Positions 16,791 to 25,826 of a stretch of 64,000 bases of DNA are shown here, in pieces. The notes under the pieces are model-generated. The model did not search any database and was not told where the DNA came from. It saw only the letters and a program-made list of their open reading frames with translations. The stretch is from Thermodesulfobacteriota bacterium (lineage in GTDB: Bacteria > Desulfobacterota > Desulfobacteria > Desulfobacterales > SURF-7), in the NCBI GenBank assembly GCA_049320885.1, contig JBMORA010000001.1, positions 50,612 through 114,611 on the forward strand, given 5' to 3'. How positions within the stretch are numbered: the first letter of the stretch is position 1; each line of letters opens with the position of its first letter. The translations under genes and the position numbers were made by a program.

Positions 16791-17272
16791 CGAATAAAAT
16801 GACGAAGTGGGGCTGTGGACCACGATTCGGACTTTATTCCGCTTTCTATTGCATCCTGATGTTCGGTTTGACGATATATTTTGAGCCGCTCTTTACCATA
16901 GCCTTTATACCATACGGATTTTCGAGATGGCTTGCTATCGCTCCCCTTATCCTGGGAATCCCTTTCTATCTCTTTTCCCTTGTATCCGTTATGCGCGCCT
17001 TTAAAGCCGGTAAGCTCGTTACCAAAGGTGTATATGGTATGTGCCGGCATCCGGTATATTCCGCCTGGATCCTATTTTTCATTCCGGGTCTCGCTTTGCT
17101 TCTCAACTCCTGGGCGCTCTTGTCCGCTTCCGTTGTGCTGTATTTCCTGGCAAGATTCATGGTCAGGGAAGAAGATATGTATCTAGAGATTATGTTTGGC
17201 GAGGAATATTTGAAATACAAATCCGAAGTTCCGGCCATCCTGCCATACGGCTGGCAAACGCGTCACAAATGA
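16787..17272 (+). CDS. ICMT/PEMT family membrane methyltransferase
   Basis: LVTKGVYGMCRHPVY, EEDMYL..FGEEY..YK..VP; multiple TM segments; AAGGAG RBS. Confidence 0.85.
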   Translation: MTNKMTKWGCGPRFGLYSAFYCILMFGLTIYFEPLFTIAFIPYGFSRWLAIAPLILGIPFYLFSLVSVMRAFKAGKLVTKGVYGMCRHPVYSAWILFFIPGLALLLNSWALLSASVVLYFLARFMVREEDMYLEIMFGEEYLKYKSEVPAILPYGWQTRHK

Positions 17273-17370
17273 GGGCATACCTGATGGGTATGGGAGATGG
17301 GAGCCTCCTCTACCGGATAAGTCTTTAAAAAAATAGGATCATATCGTCCCAAAAAGATAAGGATCAACAA

Positions 17371-17844
17371 ATGATTACATTAAAAACAATCGTGAAGGTC
17401 AAAGGGATTACGTCAAAGGATATCTATGATTTCATGCTCAATTGCACGGATGCGGACTATCAAAGGTGGTGGGCAGGCACGCACCTGGTTTGCCATACGG
17501 TGAAACACTATCCCGGCGATATCGGCAACATCATCTATGCAGATGAATTTGTAGGTAAATATAGGGTAAAGGGACACGCCGTCATCACCAGGCTGGTGCC
17601 GTACAGCGAAATGGTCTACCAGATCAAGAAGCTCATCAAATTACCCGCATGGTTCACCATGATATTCGAAGAAGTGGATGACGGTCTCAACATCGTCCAT
17701 ATCGTGGAGGTGGGGTTCCATGGTATCGGGAGGATCATCGATCCCATCATCCGGTTTTTTCTGAATGATGATTTTGAAAGCGCGTTAAACGCCCATGCCC
17801 ATGAAGAATTCCCCAAGTTGGCCAAGATGTTGGCGACGCAATGA
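17371..17844 (+). CDS. Hypothetical protein, possibly SRPBCC/START fold
   Basis: IYDFM...YQRWW..H, beta-rich middle, C-terminal helix HAHEEFPKLAKML. Confidence 0.55.
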   Translation: MITLKTIVKVKGITSKDIYDFMLNCTDADYQRWWAGTHLVCHTVKHYPGDIGNIIYADEFVGKYRVKGHAVITRLVPYSEMVYQIKKLIKLPAWFTMIFEEVDDGLNIVHIVEVGFHGIGRIIDPIIRFFLNDDFESALNAHAHEEFPKLAKMLATQ

Positions 17845-17973
17845 AATTACCACTGATCCTTCAATGGGCCGTAAACAGGCCGCCTTGACAAGCCTGCCCG
17901 CAGGACAAATGTTATCTCAGTCACCATTACCGGATCACCGGGCATTCATCATACGGCTGCGGAGGAGGATGCC

Positions 17974-18180
17974 ATGATATATCATATTGACGCAATTATC
18001 GGGAAGTTCGACTATCTGGACAACCGGGCGCTGGGGGAACCTGGCCCCGGCCACCCGGGGAAACAGACGCTCGCCTTGGGCCGGATCCGAAAACGGATCA
18101 ATGGATTGGGCGGCAGCGCCAACAACTATATTCTGAAAAAGATGGGCCTGCAATTGAGCGACATGCTGGACATGCTCTAA
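17974..18180 (+). CDS. Small hypothetical protein
   Basis: Strong GGAGGAGG RBS; 68 aa; no family recognised. Confidence 0.4.
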   Translation: MIYHIDAIIGKFDYLDNRALGEPGPGHPGKQTLALGRIRKRINGLGGSANNYILKKMGLQLSDMLDML

Positions 18181-18469
18181 AAGACAGCCACGCCTCCTGA
18201 ATGGCCCCTCGAAAGCCCCTCCGCGCCTAACCGAAAGAATGGGCCGGCAAGGGGCTTTGGTTTTTCATACGGGGAACCCCGGCCCCGGGGGTTCCCTTTC
18301 TGCCACACGACTCTTCGCCGTCCGCCTCCCATTTGTTTCAAGGCGTAAGTGCTCCGGTGGCAGTTCTCAATTCTCCTACGATGGGTTTTGAAAAAAGTTG
18401 AAGGCTTTTAGCAGCCTATTCAATCAATAAAATAAACCTTGAATCCAATGAATAATCATGGGATATACA

Positions 18470-18503
18470 GGCGTTGGATAAGTCGGCGGACTTATCCAAC
18501 GCC
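18470..18503. repeat. Perfect 15-bp inverted repeat
   Basis: GGCGTTGGATAAGTC-GGCG-GACTTATCCAACGCC. Confidence 0.85.
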
Positions 18504-18638
18504 ATCTTGTGCCCGTCAGGGTGAGATGGTGGGGGGGTATTGCCAGTGATGCCGGCGTGAAGCTTGCCGCCCAGAAACAAGCAGCCTACCTAAAATCACA
18601 GATGGGCACAATTTTGGGCACCATTGCAGATTTTGAAC

Positions 18639-18668
18639 AAAAAAATAGGCCAGCCGAAACGGCTGACC
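18639..18668 (-). terminator. Terminator downstream of tRNA-Arg
   Basis: Minus strand GGTCAGCCG-TTT-CGGCTGGCC followed by TA-T7. Confidence 0.7.
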
Positions 18669-18680
18669 CATAGAAATCAT

Positions 18681-18757
<77 letters not shown>

Positions 18758-18871
18758 TGAAAAGAAAATGGCTTTTCGTATCACATGAATTGTGAGATTG
18801 TCCACAGAAAAGAATTCCCGGCCGTAGCGGGAAAGAAATGGGGATCGATTATCAAGGAAACATCAAGCCGC

Positions 18872-19822
18872 ATGGGAAAAGAAGACAACAAGCAGCCGAA
18901 TCAGGATCATACGGGGTCGGAGCCGAATAGGAAAAAAGCCGACCCTGTCTATGACAACAGTCTGGTAAAATTCGACCCGCTCCAGCGCTATCTCACGGAA
19001 ATCAGCCAATACCGGTTGCTTACCCGGGAACAGGAACAGGTCCTCGGCAAACGGGTGCAGGAGGAAGGAGATACGGAGGCCGCCTATACGCTGGTGACCG
19101 CGAATTTGAGGCTGGTGGTGAAAATCGCCCTGGAATTTCAGCGTGTCTGGATGCAGAATCTGCTGGATCTGATCCAGGAAGGCAATATCGGGCTCATGCA
19201 GGCCGTCAAAAAATTCGACCCGTATAAAAACGTCAAATTCTCCTACTATGCGTCTTTCTGGATCAAGGCCTATATCCTGAAGTTTATCATGGACAACTGG
19301 CGGCTGGTGAAAATCGGAACCACCCAGGGCCAGCGGAAACTCTTTTTCAAACTGAAAAAAGAAAAACAAAAGCTGATTGAGCAGGGATTCGATCCGAAAC
19401 CCAAATTGCTCTCCCAGCGGTTGGGGGTGACGGAACGGGAAATCGTGGACATGGACCAGCGCCTGGACGGCTGGGACGTATCCCTGGATGCCCCTCTCAA
19501 GGAAGATTCCGACACGGAACGGATTGAATTTCTGAGCACGAACTCCGATTCGGCGGAAGAAAAAATGGCAAAAAAGGAGATTGAAACCCTTCTGCATAAC
19601 AAGGTAGAGGATTTCAAGAAAACCTTGACGGATCGCGAACTCGAAATTTTCGAAATCCGGATCTTCTCCGACAAGCCGATAACCCTTCAGGAAATCGGGG
19701 ATCAATACGGAATCTCCCGGGAACGGGTCCGGCAGGTGGAAAAAAATATCATGAAAAAGATGCGAGACTTTTTCAAGCGGGAAATCCCTGATTTCGAGGC
19801 CTATACCATCGACAGCGATTAA
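18872..19822 (+). CDS. rpoH: RNA polymerase sigma-32 (RpoH-like) factor
   Basis: NLRLVVKIA, DLIQEGNIGLM.AV.KFDP, RpoH box NWRLVKIGTTQGQRKLFF, ISRERVRQ. Confidence 0.85.
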   Translation: MGKEDNKQPNQDHTGSEPNRKKADPVYDNSLVKFDPLQRYLTEISQYRLLTREQEQVLGKRVQEEGDTEAAYTLVTANLRLVVKIALEFQRVWMQNLLDLIQEGNIGLMQAVKKFDPYKNVKFSYYASFWIKAYILKFIMDNWRLVKIGTTQGQRKLFFKLKKEKQKLIEQGFDPKPKLLSQRLGVTEREIVDMDQRLDGWDVSLDAPLKEDSDTERIEFLSTNSDSAEEKMAKKEIETLLHNKVEDFKKTLTDRELEIFEIRIFSDKPITLQEIGDQYGISRERVRQVEKNIMKKMRDFFKREIPDFEAYTIDSD

Positions 19823-19902
19823 CCGGCGGACGCGCCTGCCGGCCCAATACGTTGTGGATCAATCATTTGTCGTCCGGAACATTCCAGATGCTGACCATCC
19901 TG

Positions 19903-21840
19903 ATGAAAAACAAATCGTTCCTTTCAATTGTGCATTTCTGGGGCCTGATCTGCGGCCTGCTGGTGAGCGGCTGCATCCATGCACAAAGCCCGGAGGAACC
20001 CCGGGTGACCGGCCCGGCGGCAAACGGAGGCTCCGGGAACAGTTATTATTTTTACACCACATCTCAATTGCAGAAAAATAACGGGAATTTGACCCAGGCC
20101 CTGGCGGATCTGCAGACCGCCATCCGGCTGGATCCCGAATCCCTTTTCCTGAAAAAAGAACTCGCCCTGATTTATCTCCAGCAGGGTAATACCGATGAAG
20201 CCCTGCCGATTGTGCAGGAAATCCTGAAAAAGAATCCGGACCATGCCGATGCGCTGATCATGATGGGCAGCATCGAGCAGAACCGCCAGAACAACCGGGC
20301 CGCGCAGGAAGCCTATGAAAAGGTTCTTGCGGTCGATCCGAAACAGAAAAGCATCTACCTGGTCCTCGGCACCATGTACATGGAGGAGAACCGTCTCGAC
20401 CAGGCCCGGACGGTTTTCGAAAAACTGGTGACCGCCTTTCCGGACGCCTATTTCGGCTATTTTTTCCTCGGAAAAATCCACAAGGACCAGGGGCGGATTC
20501 CGGAAGCCGAAAAAAATTTCCTGAGAACACTGGAGTTGGAGCCCAAACTGCTGGAGCCGCGTTTCGAATTGATCGAAATGTATGAGAAGGAAGTTTTTTC
20601 CCATATCAAGGCGGCTGATTTCGACATCATCGATATTCAACCAGGCGATACCATTCGGCAAATCGCCCAGAAGCGGTACCGCCATTTCACTCCCCTGATT
20701 GAATCGGCGGTGATGACCGTCAACCCGACGCTGGTATCCCTGGACGCCATGCCCGTCGGCTTCCGGCTCCGCCTGCCCAAGGCCCGACTCATCGAGGAGA
20801 AAGCCGATCAGGTAGAAAAAATAAGCAAAATCAGCAATATGTATCAGGGAATTCTGGAGGCTGCTCCGGAAAACGACCGGGCAGCCATCGAATTCGGACT
20901 GTTTTACACAAAAATCGGCCTCACCGAGGAAGCGGAGGATTTCTTCAAACAAATCGCCGAAAAAAGCCTTACGGACCAAAGCATCGCCGACAATATCGTT
21001 TTTCTGTTCTTTGACCAGAAAAAATACAGCGACGCCATTGTCGTGCTGACGGGCATGTTACAGGCCGCGCCGCAGAGTTCCGATCTGAATTATCTAACCG
21101 GCGCCGCCTATAACCATATGGAAAAATATCATGAAGCCATCGGTTATTTCCAAAAGGTGAAGGCCGACTCCCGGTTCTATGAAAACGCCGTGATTTATAT
21201 CGCCTATATCTATCAAGCCCAGAAAAAAAACCAGGAAGCCATCGATCATCTGCGGCAGGCTATCCAGCAATCTCCCATGAGAACGGAATTTTATCTCTAC
21301 CTGGGAGCTTTTTACGAAGAATCGGAGCAGTACGATCAGTCGGAATCGATCCTGAAAGCGGGTCTCGACGTGAATCCCAACAATACCCGGCTGCTCTTCC
21401 GTCTTGGAGTCGTTTATCACAAGTGTAATAAAAAAGACGACTCCATCGCCCAGATGGAAAAAGTCGTCCAGCTGGATCCGGAGGACGCCCATGCCCTGAA
21501 TTATCTCGGGTACACCTACCTGGAGCTGAATCGCAAGCTGGATCAGGCGGAAAATTTGATCCGCAAGGCGCTCGAACTCCTGCCGGACGACGGCTATATC
21601 ACCGACAGCCTGGGATGGCTCTACTTTAAGCGCGGTGAATATGAAAAGGCCGTCGAGATCCTGAGGAAAGCGGCAGACCTGGTGCCGGATGACCCCATCA
21701 TACTGGAGCATCTGGGAGATGCCTATTTAAAAACAGAAAACCCGGAGAAAGCGCTGAAATCCTATCAACAGGCGCTATCCTCCTCCAAGAAAAAGGATGC
21801 CGCCAAACTTGAGACAAAGATTCAGGCTCTGTCCCGCTGA
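19903..21840 (+). CDS. TPR lipoprotein (LbcA/PA4667-like) with an inserted LysM-like domain
   Basis: Lipobox LVSG-C; many TPRs; C-terminal ALNYLGY...DSLGW...EHLGDAY; internal IQPGDTIRQIA...NP..L..L..G..L.LP. Start could be 19888. Confidence 0.8.
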   Translation: MKNKSFLSIVHFWGLICGLLVSGCIHAQSPEEPRVTGPAANGGSGNSYYFYTTSQLQKNNGNLTQALADLQTAIRLDPESLFLKKELALIYLQQGNTDEALPIVQEILKKNPDHADALIMMGSIEQNRQNNRAAQEAYEKVLAVDPKQKSIYLVLGTMYMEENRLDQARTVFEKLVTAFPDAYFGYFFLGKIHKDQGRIPEAEKNFLRTLELEPKLLEPRFELIEMYEKEVFSHIKAADFDIIDIQPGDTIRQIAQKRYRHFTPLIESAVMTVNPTLVSLDAMPVGFRLRLPKARLIEEKADQVEKISKISNMYQGILEAAPENDRAAIEFGLFYTKIGLTEEAEDFFKQIAEKSLTDQSIADNIVFLFFDQKKYSDAIVVLTGMLQAAPQSSDLNYLTGAAYNHMEKYHEAIGYFQKVKADSRFYENAVIYIAYIYQAQKKNQEAIDHLRQAIQQSPMRTEFYLYLGAFYEESEQYDQSESILKAGLDVNPNNTRLLFRLGVVYHKCNKKDDSIAQMEKVVQLDPEDAHALNYLGYTYLELNRKLDQAENLIRKALELLPDDGYITDSLGWLYFKRGEYEKAVEILRKAADLVPDDPIILEHLGDAYLKTENPEKALKSYQQALSSSKKKDAAKLETKIQALSR

Positions 21841-22633
21841 ACGGGACCGGCAGCCCTTATCCCCCCTGCTTCCATGGATATGCCTTCTTCTTGCAACGGC
21901 GACGGCCGCCGGATGCGCCACCCTTGCCCGAAGAGTCGCCGCCCCGGTGGAAGCCGAAACCGGCGCCGCCGACCTGTTGCGGCAACTTACGGAGCACAAC
22001 AAGGGGCTGACAACGTTCAAAGGCATCGGCCGGATGAAATGGAATTACCAGGGATCAAGCCAGCACGCCCGTATCGCCTGGCTCGGGGAAACGCCGAAAA
22101 AACTCCGCCTGGAAATTCTGGACCTGACCGGAAGGCCGGCCCTGTCGGTGGCCTGCGACGGCGACCGATTGTATTTTTTCTCCCACCCGGACAAGCGTTT
22201 TGAAACAACGAGCGCCGACGACGCCGATGCGGATCTGGAGGCCTTGATATCCATCGCCATTCCCATCCGGGATATCATTCAGCTGCTCACCGGCCGGGCC
22301 CCGCTTCCGGAAAACCCCATGGATGCGGCCATCACGCCGGATTCAACGGATGACCCCGCTCTGATCCTGGATTCCGGCTGGTTCAATGGACACCGCAGGC
22401 TATACCTCCGCCCGGACCGGTTGTCCCTTGCCGCCTGCGACGTATTCACCCCTCTCGGCGCCCTCGCCTACCGGGTCGATTTCGAAGGCTGCCTAACGGT
22501 CCGCGAATTCTCGGTTCCCCGCCGGATCACGATTTCCGGCGGGAACGGAGCTGTCTTCACGCTCCACATGGAACGGTACTGGGCCAACATATCTGTTCCG
22601 CCCGATGCGTTTACCCTTGACCCTCCGGAATGA
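21797..22633 (+). CDS. LolB-like / DUF4292-like outer-membrane lipoprotein
   Basis: Lipobox AAG-C; beta-rich (KLRLEILDLTGRP); lies after the TPR gene as lolB does elsewhere; start uncertain. Confidence 0.6.
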   Translation: MPPNLRQRFRLCPAERDRQPLSPLLPWICLLLATATAAGCATLARRVAAPVEAETGAADLLRQLTEHNKGLTTFKGIGRMKWNYQGSSQHARIAWLGETPKKLRLEILDLTGRPALSVACDGDRLYFFSHPDKRFETTSADDADADLEALISIAIPIRDIIQLLTGRAPLPENPMDAAITPDSTDDPALILDSGWFNGHRRLYLRPDRLSLAACDVFTPLGALAYRVDFEGCLTVREFSVPRRITISGGNGAVFTLHMERYWANISVPPDAFTLDPPE

Positions 22634-22639
22634 CGGCAA

Positions 22640-23830
22640 ATGATCCCCTTTCCTTCATCAGACGAATTTTCTTTCCGGCTCGGCGAACTGAAAAAAGCGC
22701 TGGATAGCCGTGAAAACGATATTCTCAGCCCCATGGCCGCCCGGAGCAACCGGAGCAGCCGGCGCCGGACGGAGAACCGTCTTGCGTCAAGCTACCGGCA
22801 GGATTACGCCGTGGACGGCGACCGGATTCTCCATTCCCTGGCGTACACCCGCTATATCGACAAGACCCAGGTTTTTTATCTCGTGCGCAACGATCATATC
22901 ACCCATCGTGTGCTCCATGTTCAACTGGTTTCCAAGGTGGCCCGCACCATCGGACGCTTTCTGGGTCTCAACGAGGATCTGATGGAAGCCATCGCCCTCG
23001 GTCATGACATCGGCCATCCTCCTTTCGGCCATGAGGGTGAAAATTTCCTTTCCCGGCTGTGTCTGCGGGAAGGAATCGGACACTTCCACCACAATGTGCA
23101 AAGCGTGCGCTTCATGGAAAGCGTGGAACGCAAGGGTCTCGGCTGGAATTTATGCCTCCAGACCCTGGACGGCATCCTGTGCCACGACGGCGAAACCCAC
23201 AACCGCCGCCTGGAGCCCCAATGGGACAAAACGTTTGCCACCCTGGATCAGGAGATGGCAGCCAAGACAACCCAAACGGGCGTCGCTCTCCGACCCATGA
23301 CCCTGGAGGGTTGCGTGGTCCGCATGGCCGACACCATCAGCTATATCGGACGCGATATCGAAGACGCCATCCGGCTGGGACTGATCACCCGCAAGGACCT
23401 GCCGGGGGAATCGGTTCAAATTCTGGGCGACACCAACGGCACCATTGTGTACCAGCTGGTGACCGACGTGATCGCCAACAGTGTCGAGCAGCCCTACCTG
23501 GCATTCAGTCCTGAAGTCTCCCATGCGCTGAAAACGTTAAAAAAATTCAACTACGATCGAATTTACCTGAATCCCAAAATCAAGCGGGCATCCGACACCA
23601 TCGGCCGATTGTATGAATACCTTTTCGATTCCTATCTTGAAGACATCCGGAAGGAGAATCTCTCCTCGGTGATCTACACTCATTTTCTGGAAAGCATGTC
23701 CTCGGCCTATCTGGAAAACCGTCTTCCCGCCGAAATTGTTCGCGACTTCATCGCTGGAATGACCGACGGGTATTTCCTGGCCCAGTGTCCGGAATCCATG
23801 CGGCCCACCATTCTGGAAAACTGTTACTAA
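22640..23830 (+). CDS. dGTP triphosphohydrolase-like HD-domain protein
   Basis: DRILHS...KTQVF...HR..H, GHDIGHPPFGHEGE, ADTISY..DIEDA, DFIAGMTD. Confidence 0.88.
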   Translation: MIPFPSSDEFSFRLGELKKALDSRENDILSPMAARSNRSSRRRTENRLASSYRQDYAVDGDRILHSLAYTRYIDKTQVFYLVRNDHITHRVLHVQLVSKVARTIGRFLGLNEDLMEAIALGHDIGHPPFGHEGENFLSRLCLREGIGHFHHNVQSVRFMESVERKGLGWNLCLQTLDGILCHDGETHNRRLEPQWDKTFATLDQEMAAKTTQTGVALRPMTLEGCVVRMADTISYIGRDIEDAIRLGLITRKDLPGESVQILGDTNGTIVYQLVTDVIANSVEQPYLAFSPEVSHALKTLKKFNYDRIYLNPKIKRASDTIGRLYEYLFDSYLEDIRKENLSSVIYTHFLESMSSAYLENRLPAEIVRDFIAGMTDGYFLAQCPESMRPTILENCY

Positions 23831-23875
23831 ACCGGCATGCCGATATCACCCCCCATCCCCATGGCCGCCGCCGGC

Positions 23876-24601
23876 ATGAAACATCGGGAGCGGACCTACC
23901 GCGATACCATGCGGCATCCGCATCTGGTCGGATTTCAGGTGACCGTCAAGGAAACGGACCTCCACATTCAGGCCGAAAGGCAGCTTACCGATATCACCCG
24001 CGAACTGGTCATGGAATATCGGGGCTACATCGAGGCGTATATTCAACAACACCCGGATTTCGTCCGGGCCATGACCCCCTGGCTTCATCCTTCCCCTGCT
24101 CCGCGGATCATTCAGGCAATGGCAACCGCCGCCGGAAAGGCCGGAGTCGGCCCCATGGCCGCCGTGGCCGGCGCCATTGCCGAAAGCGTGGGCGCCGACC
24201 TGCTGGCGCATTCATCGGAAATAATCGTCGAAAACGGCGGAGATATCTTCATCAGGCTCAACAGCCCGGCCCTTATCGGTATTTATGCCGGCTCATCGCC
24301 GCTGAGCATGAAAATCGGCATCCGTCTCGCGGCGCGCCCGGATCCGGTTGGCATCTGCACTTCCTCGGGAACGGTGGGGCATTCCATCAGCTTCGGCTCC
24401 GCCGACGCGGTTTGCGTGATTTCGCCGTCCTGCGCGCTTGCCGATGCTGCGGCCACGGCTGTCGGCAACCGCGTGTGCAAGCCCTCCGACATCGGGCCGG
24501 CGATCCAGTGGGGACAACGGATTCAAGGCGTGGACGGTATCGTCATCATCAAAAAAGATAAGATCGGCGCCTGGGGGGAAATCGAAGTGGTGCCTCTTTG
24601 A
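23876..24601 (+). CDS. UPF0280 / ApbE-superfamily protein
   Basis: ERTYR, KETDL, VGPMAAVAGAIAE, ENGGDI, CTSSGTVGHS, ADAAATAVGN; start may be 23837. Confidence 0.85.
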   Translation: MKHRERTYRDTMRHPHLVGFQVTVKETDLHIQAERQLTDITRELVMEYRGYIEAYIQQHPDFVRAMTPWLHPSPAPRIIQAMATAAGKAGVGPMAAVAGAIAESVGADLLAHSSEIIVENGGDIFIRLNSPALIGIYAGSSPLSMKIGIRLAARPDPVGICTSSGTVGHSISFGSADAVCVISPSCALADAAATAVGNRVCKPSDIGPAIQWGQRIQGVDGIVIIKKDKIGAWGEIEVVPL

Positions 24602-24714
24602 AACCCGCGGAGTCGCATGCCCGAGCGTTTGAAATTGATTTTCCTGACCGGAATCAGTATGCTGAATCCAGTTGTGAATCCGGATGAATACCGAGACCCG
24701 AAAGGAGGAACCCG

Positions 24715-25056
24715 ATGAAAGCCGTCAAAATAACCCTGCTGGCGATCCTGTTGCTGTTTCTATTGGTAGCGGCCTATCAGAATCGTGAATTCCTGCTGGA
24801 AACCGAAAACCTGACCATTGAACTGTTCGCCTTTCGATACGAATCGCCGAAACTGCCCATCGGGATGATGTTCTCCGTCTGTTTCCTGGCGGGGATGCTG
24901 CTCGCTTATTTTTTCACCCTGCTGTCGCAATATCAGGCCAGCTGCGCCATCAAATCCCTGGATCGCATCCGGAACGAGCAGACGAAAACCATCGCCAACC
25001 TCGAATCCCGTCTGGCCGCTTTGCAGACCGACCCGCCGGCGGTAAAAGACCGGTGA
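24715..25056 (+). CDS. LapA (lipopolysaccharide assembly protein A) family protein
   Basis: Two TM helices with QN motif, followed by a coiled-coil tail; AGGAGG RBS. Confidence 0.75.
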   Translation: MKAVKITLLAILLLFLLVAAYQNREFLLETENLTIELFAFRYESPKLPIGMMFSVCFLAGMLLAYFFTLLSQYQASCAIKSLDRIRNEQTKTIANLESRLAALQTDPPAVKDR

Positions 25057-25126
25057 AAACCGGCAAGTCGGGAAATCCGCCGCCTTCCAGGGCGCTCTCT
25101 TGTGCTCGGCCCGCGGCGCGTCCGAT

Positions 25127-25540
25127 CTACGGTTGCCCCTTGGACGCCGCCGTCGTTTCGTTCTGCTGCAGATACAGTTTCGCCCGCTTGTCGATGTTGA
25201 CGAGCTGACGGATATAATCATCCGGGTATTCCCTGGCCGCGTTTCTTTTGATCATGATCATTTCCTGGGAGGGAATCTTTTCGTTCGCGAACTCGATGAC
25301 CTTGAAATAGGCCCTGGTCTGGGTGTCGATGGTGTTCTGACGTAATAAATCGTTGCCCGGATAGCGTTTCTCGGCATTGGCCTTGATCTTCGAGAACACA
25401 TCCTCCGGCAGTTTCTGGGTGGGTAGCTTATAATGCGTTCCGGCTTTGACATATTCGGCCGCGGCTGTCGAAACATAGGCCGATACGGATAGAAGCACCG
25501 CGACAAGCAGGGCCCATTTTTTTTTCTGAAACCGGTTCAT
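25127..25540 (-). CDS. Secreted hypothetical protein with internal duplicated motif
   Basis: Signal peptide; IKANAEKRYPGND / IKRNAAREYPDDY repeat; AAGGAG RBS. Confidence 0.6.
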   Translation of the reverse strand: MNRFQKKKWALLVAVLLSVSAYVSTAAAEYVKAGTHYKLPTQKLPEDVFSKIKANAEKRYPGNDLLRQNTIDTQTRAYFKVIEFANEKIPSQEMIMIKRNAAREYPDDYIRQLVNIDKRAKLYLQQNETTAASKGQP

Positions 25541-25826
25541 CTTTTTTTCTCCTTATTGGTTGTACCTGCCTGTTATGATGAGGGGGGAATCCCTTATCAG
25601 ACGTCCTGCGACACAATTTTCCATTCCATAGCACAGAAACCGGTCCATACTCAAGGTGGTTGCCGATTTCCTTCCGGAAGGCCGCAAAACGCGGCCAGGG
25701 GGGCCGCCATATCCGGTATACCGTATCAGGTGTTGACAGATTATCGGGACATTGTATATTGTTTTACAATCGTTATGGGTATACCATATATGCCGGTACC
25801 AGGGTTCCAGGGCTGAAGAAGTTTAC

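Noticed and set aside
22640..23830. Anti-phage dGTPase
   Set aside because: Sits within a housekeeping run (rpoH-TPR-lolB-like-dgt-UPF0280), with no defence context
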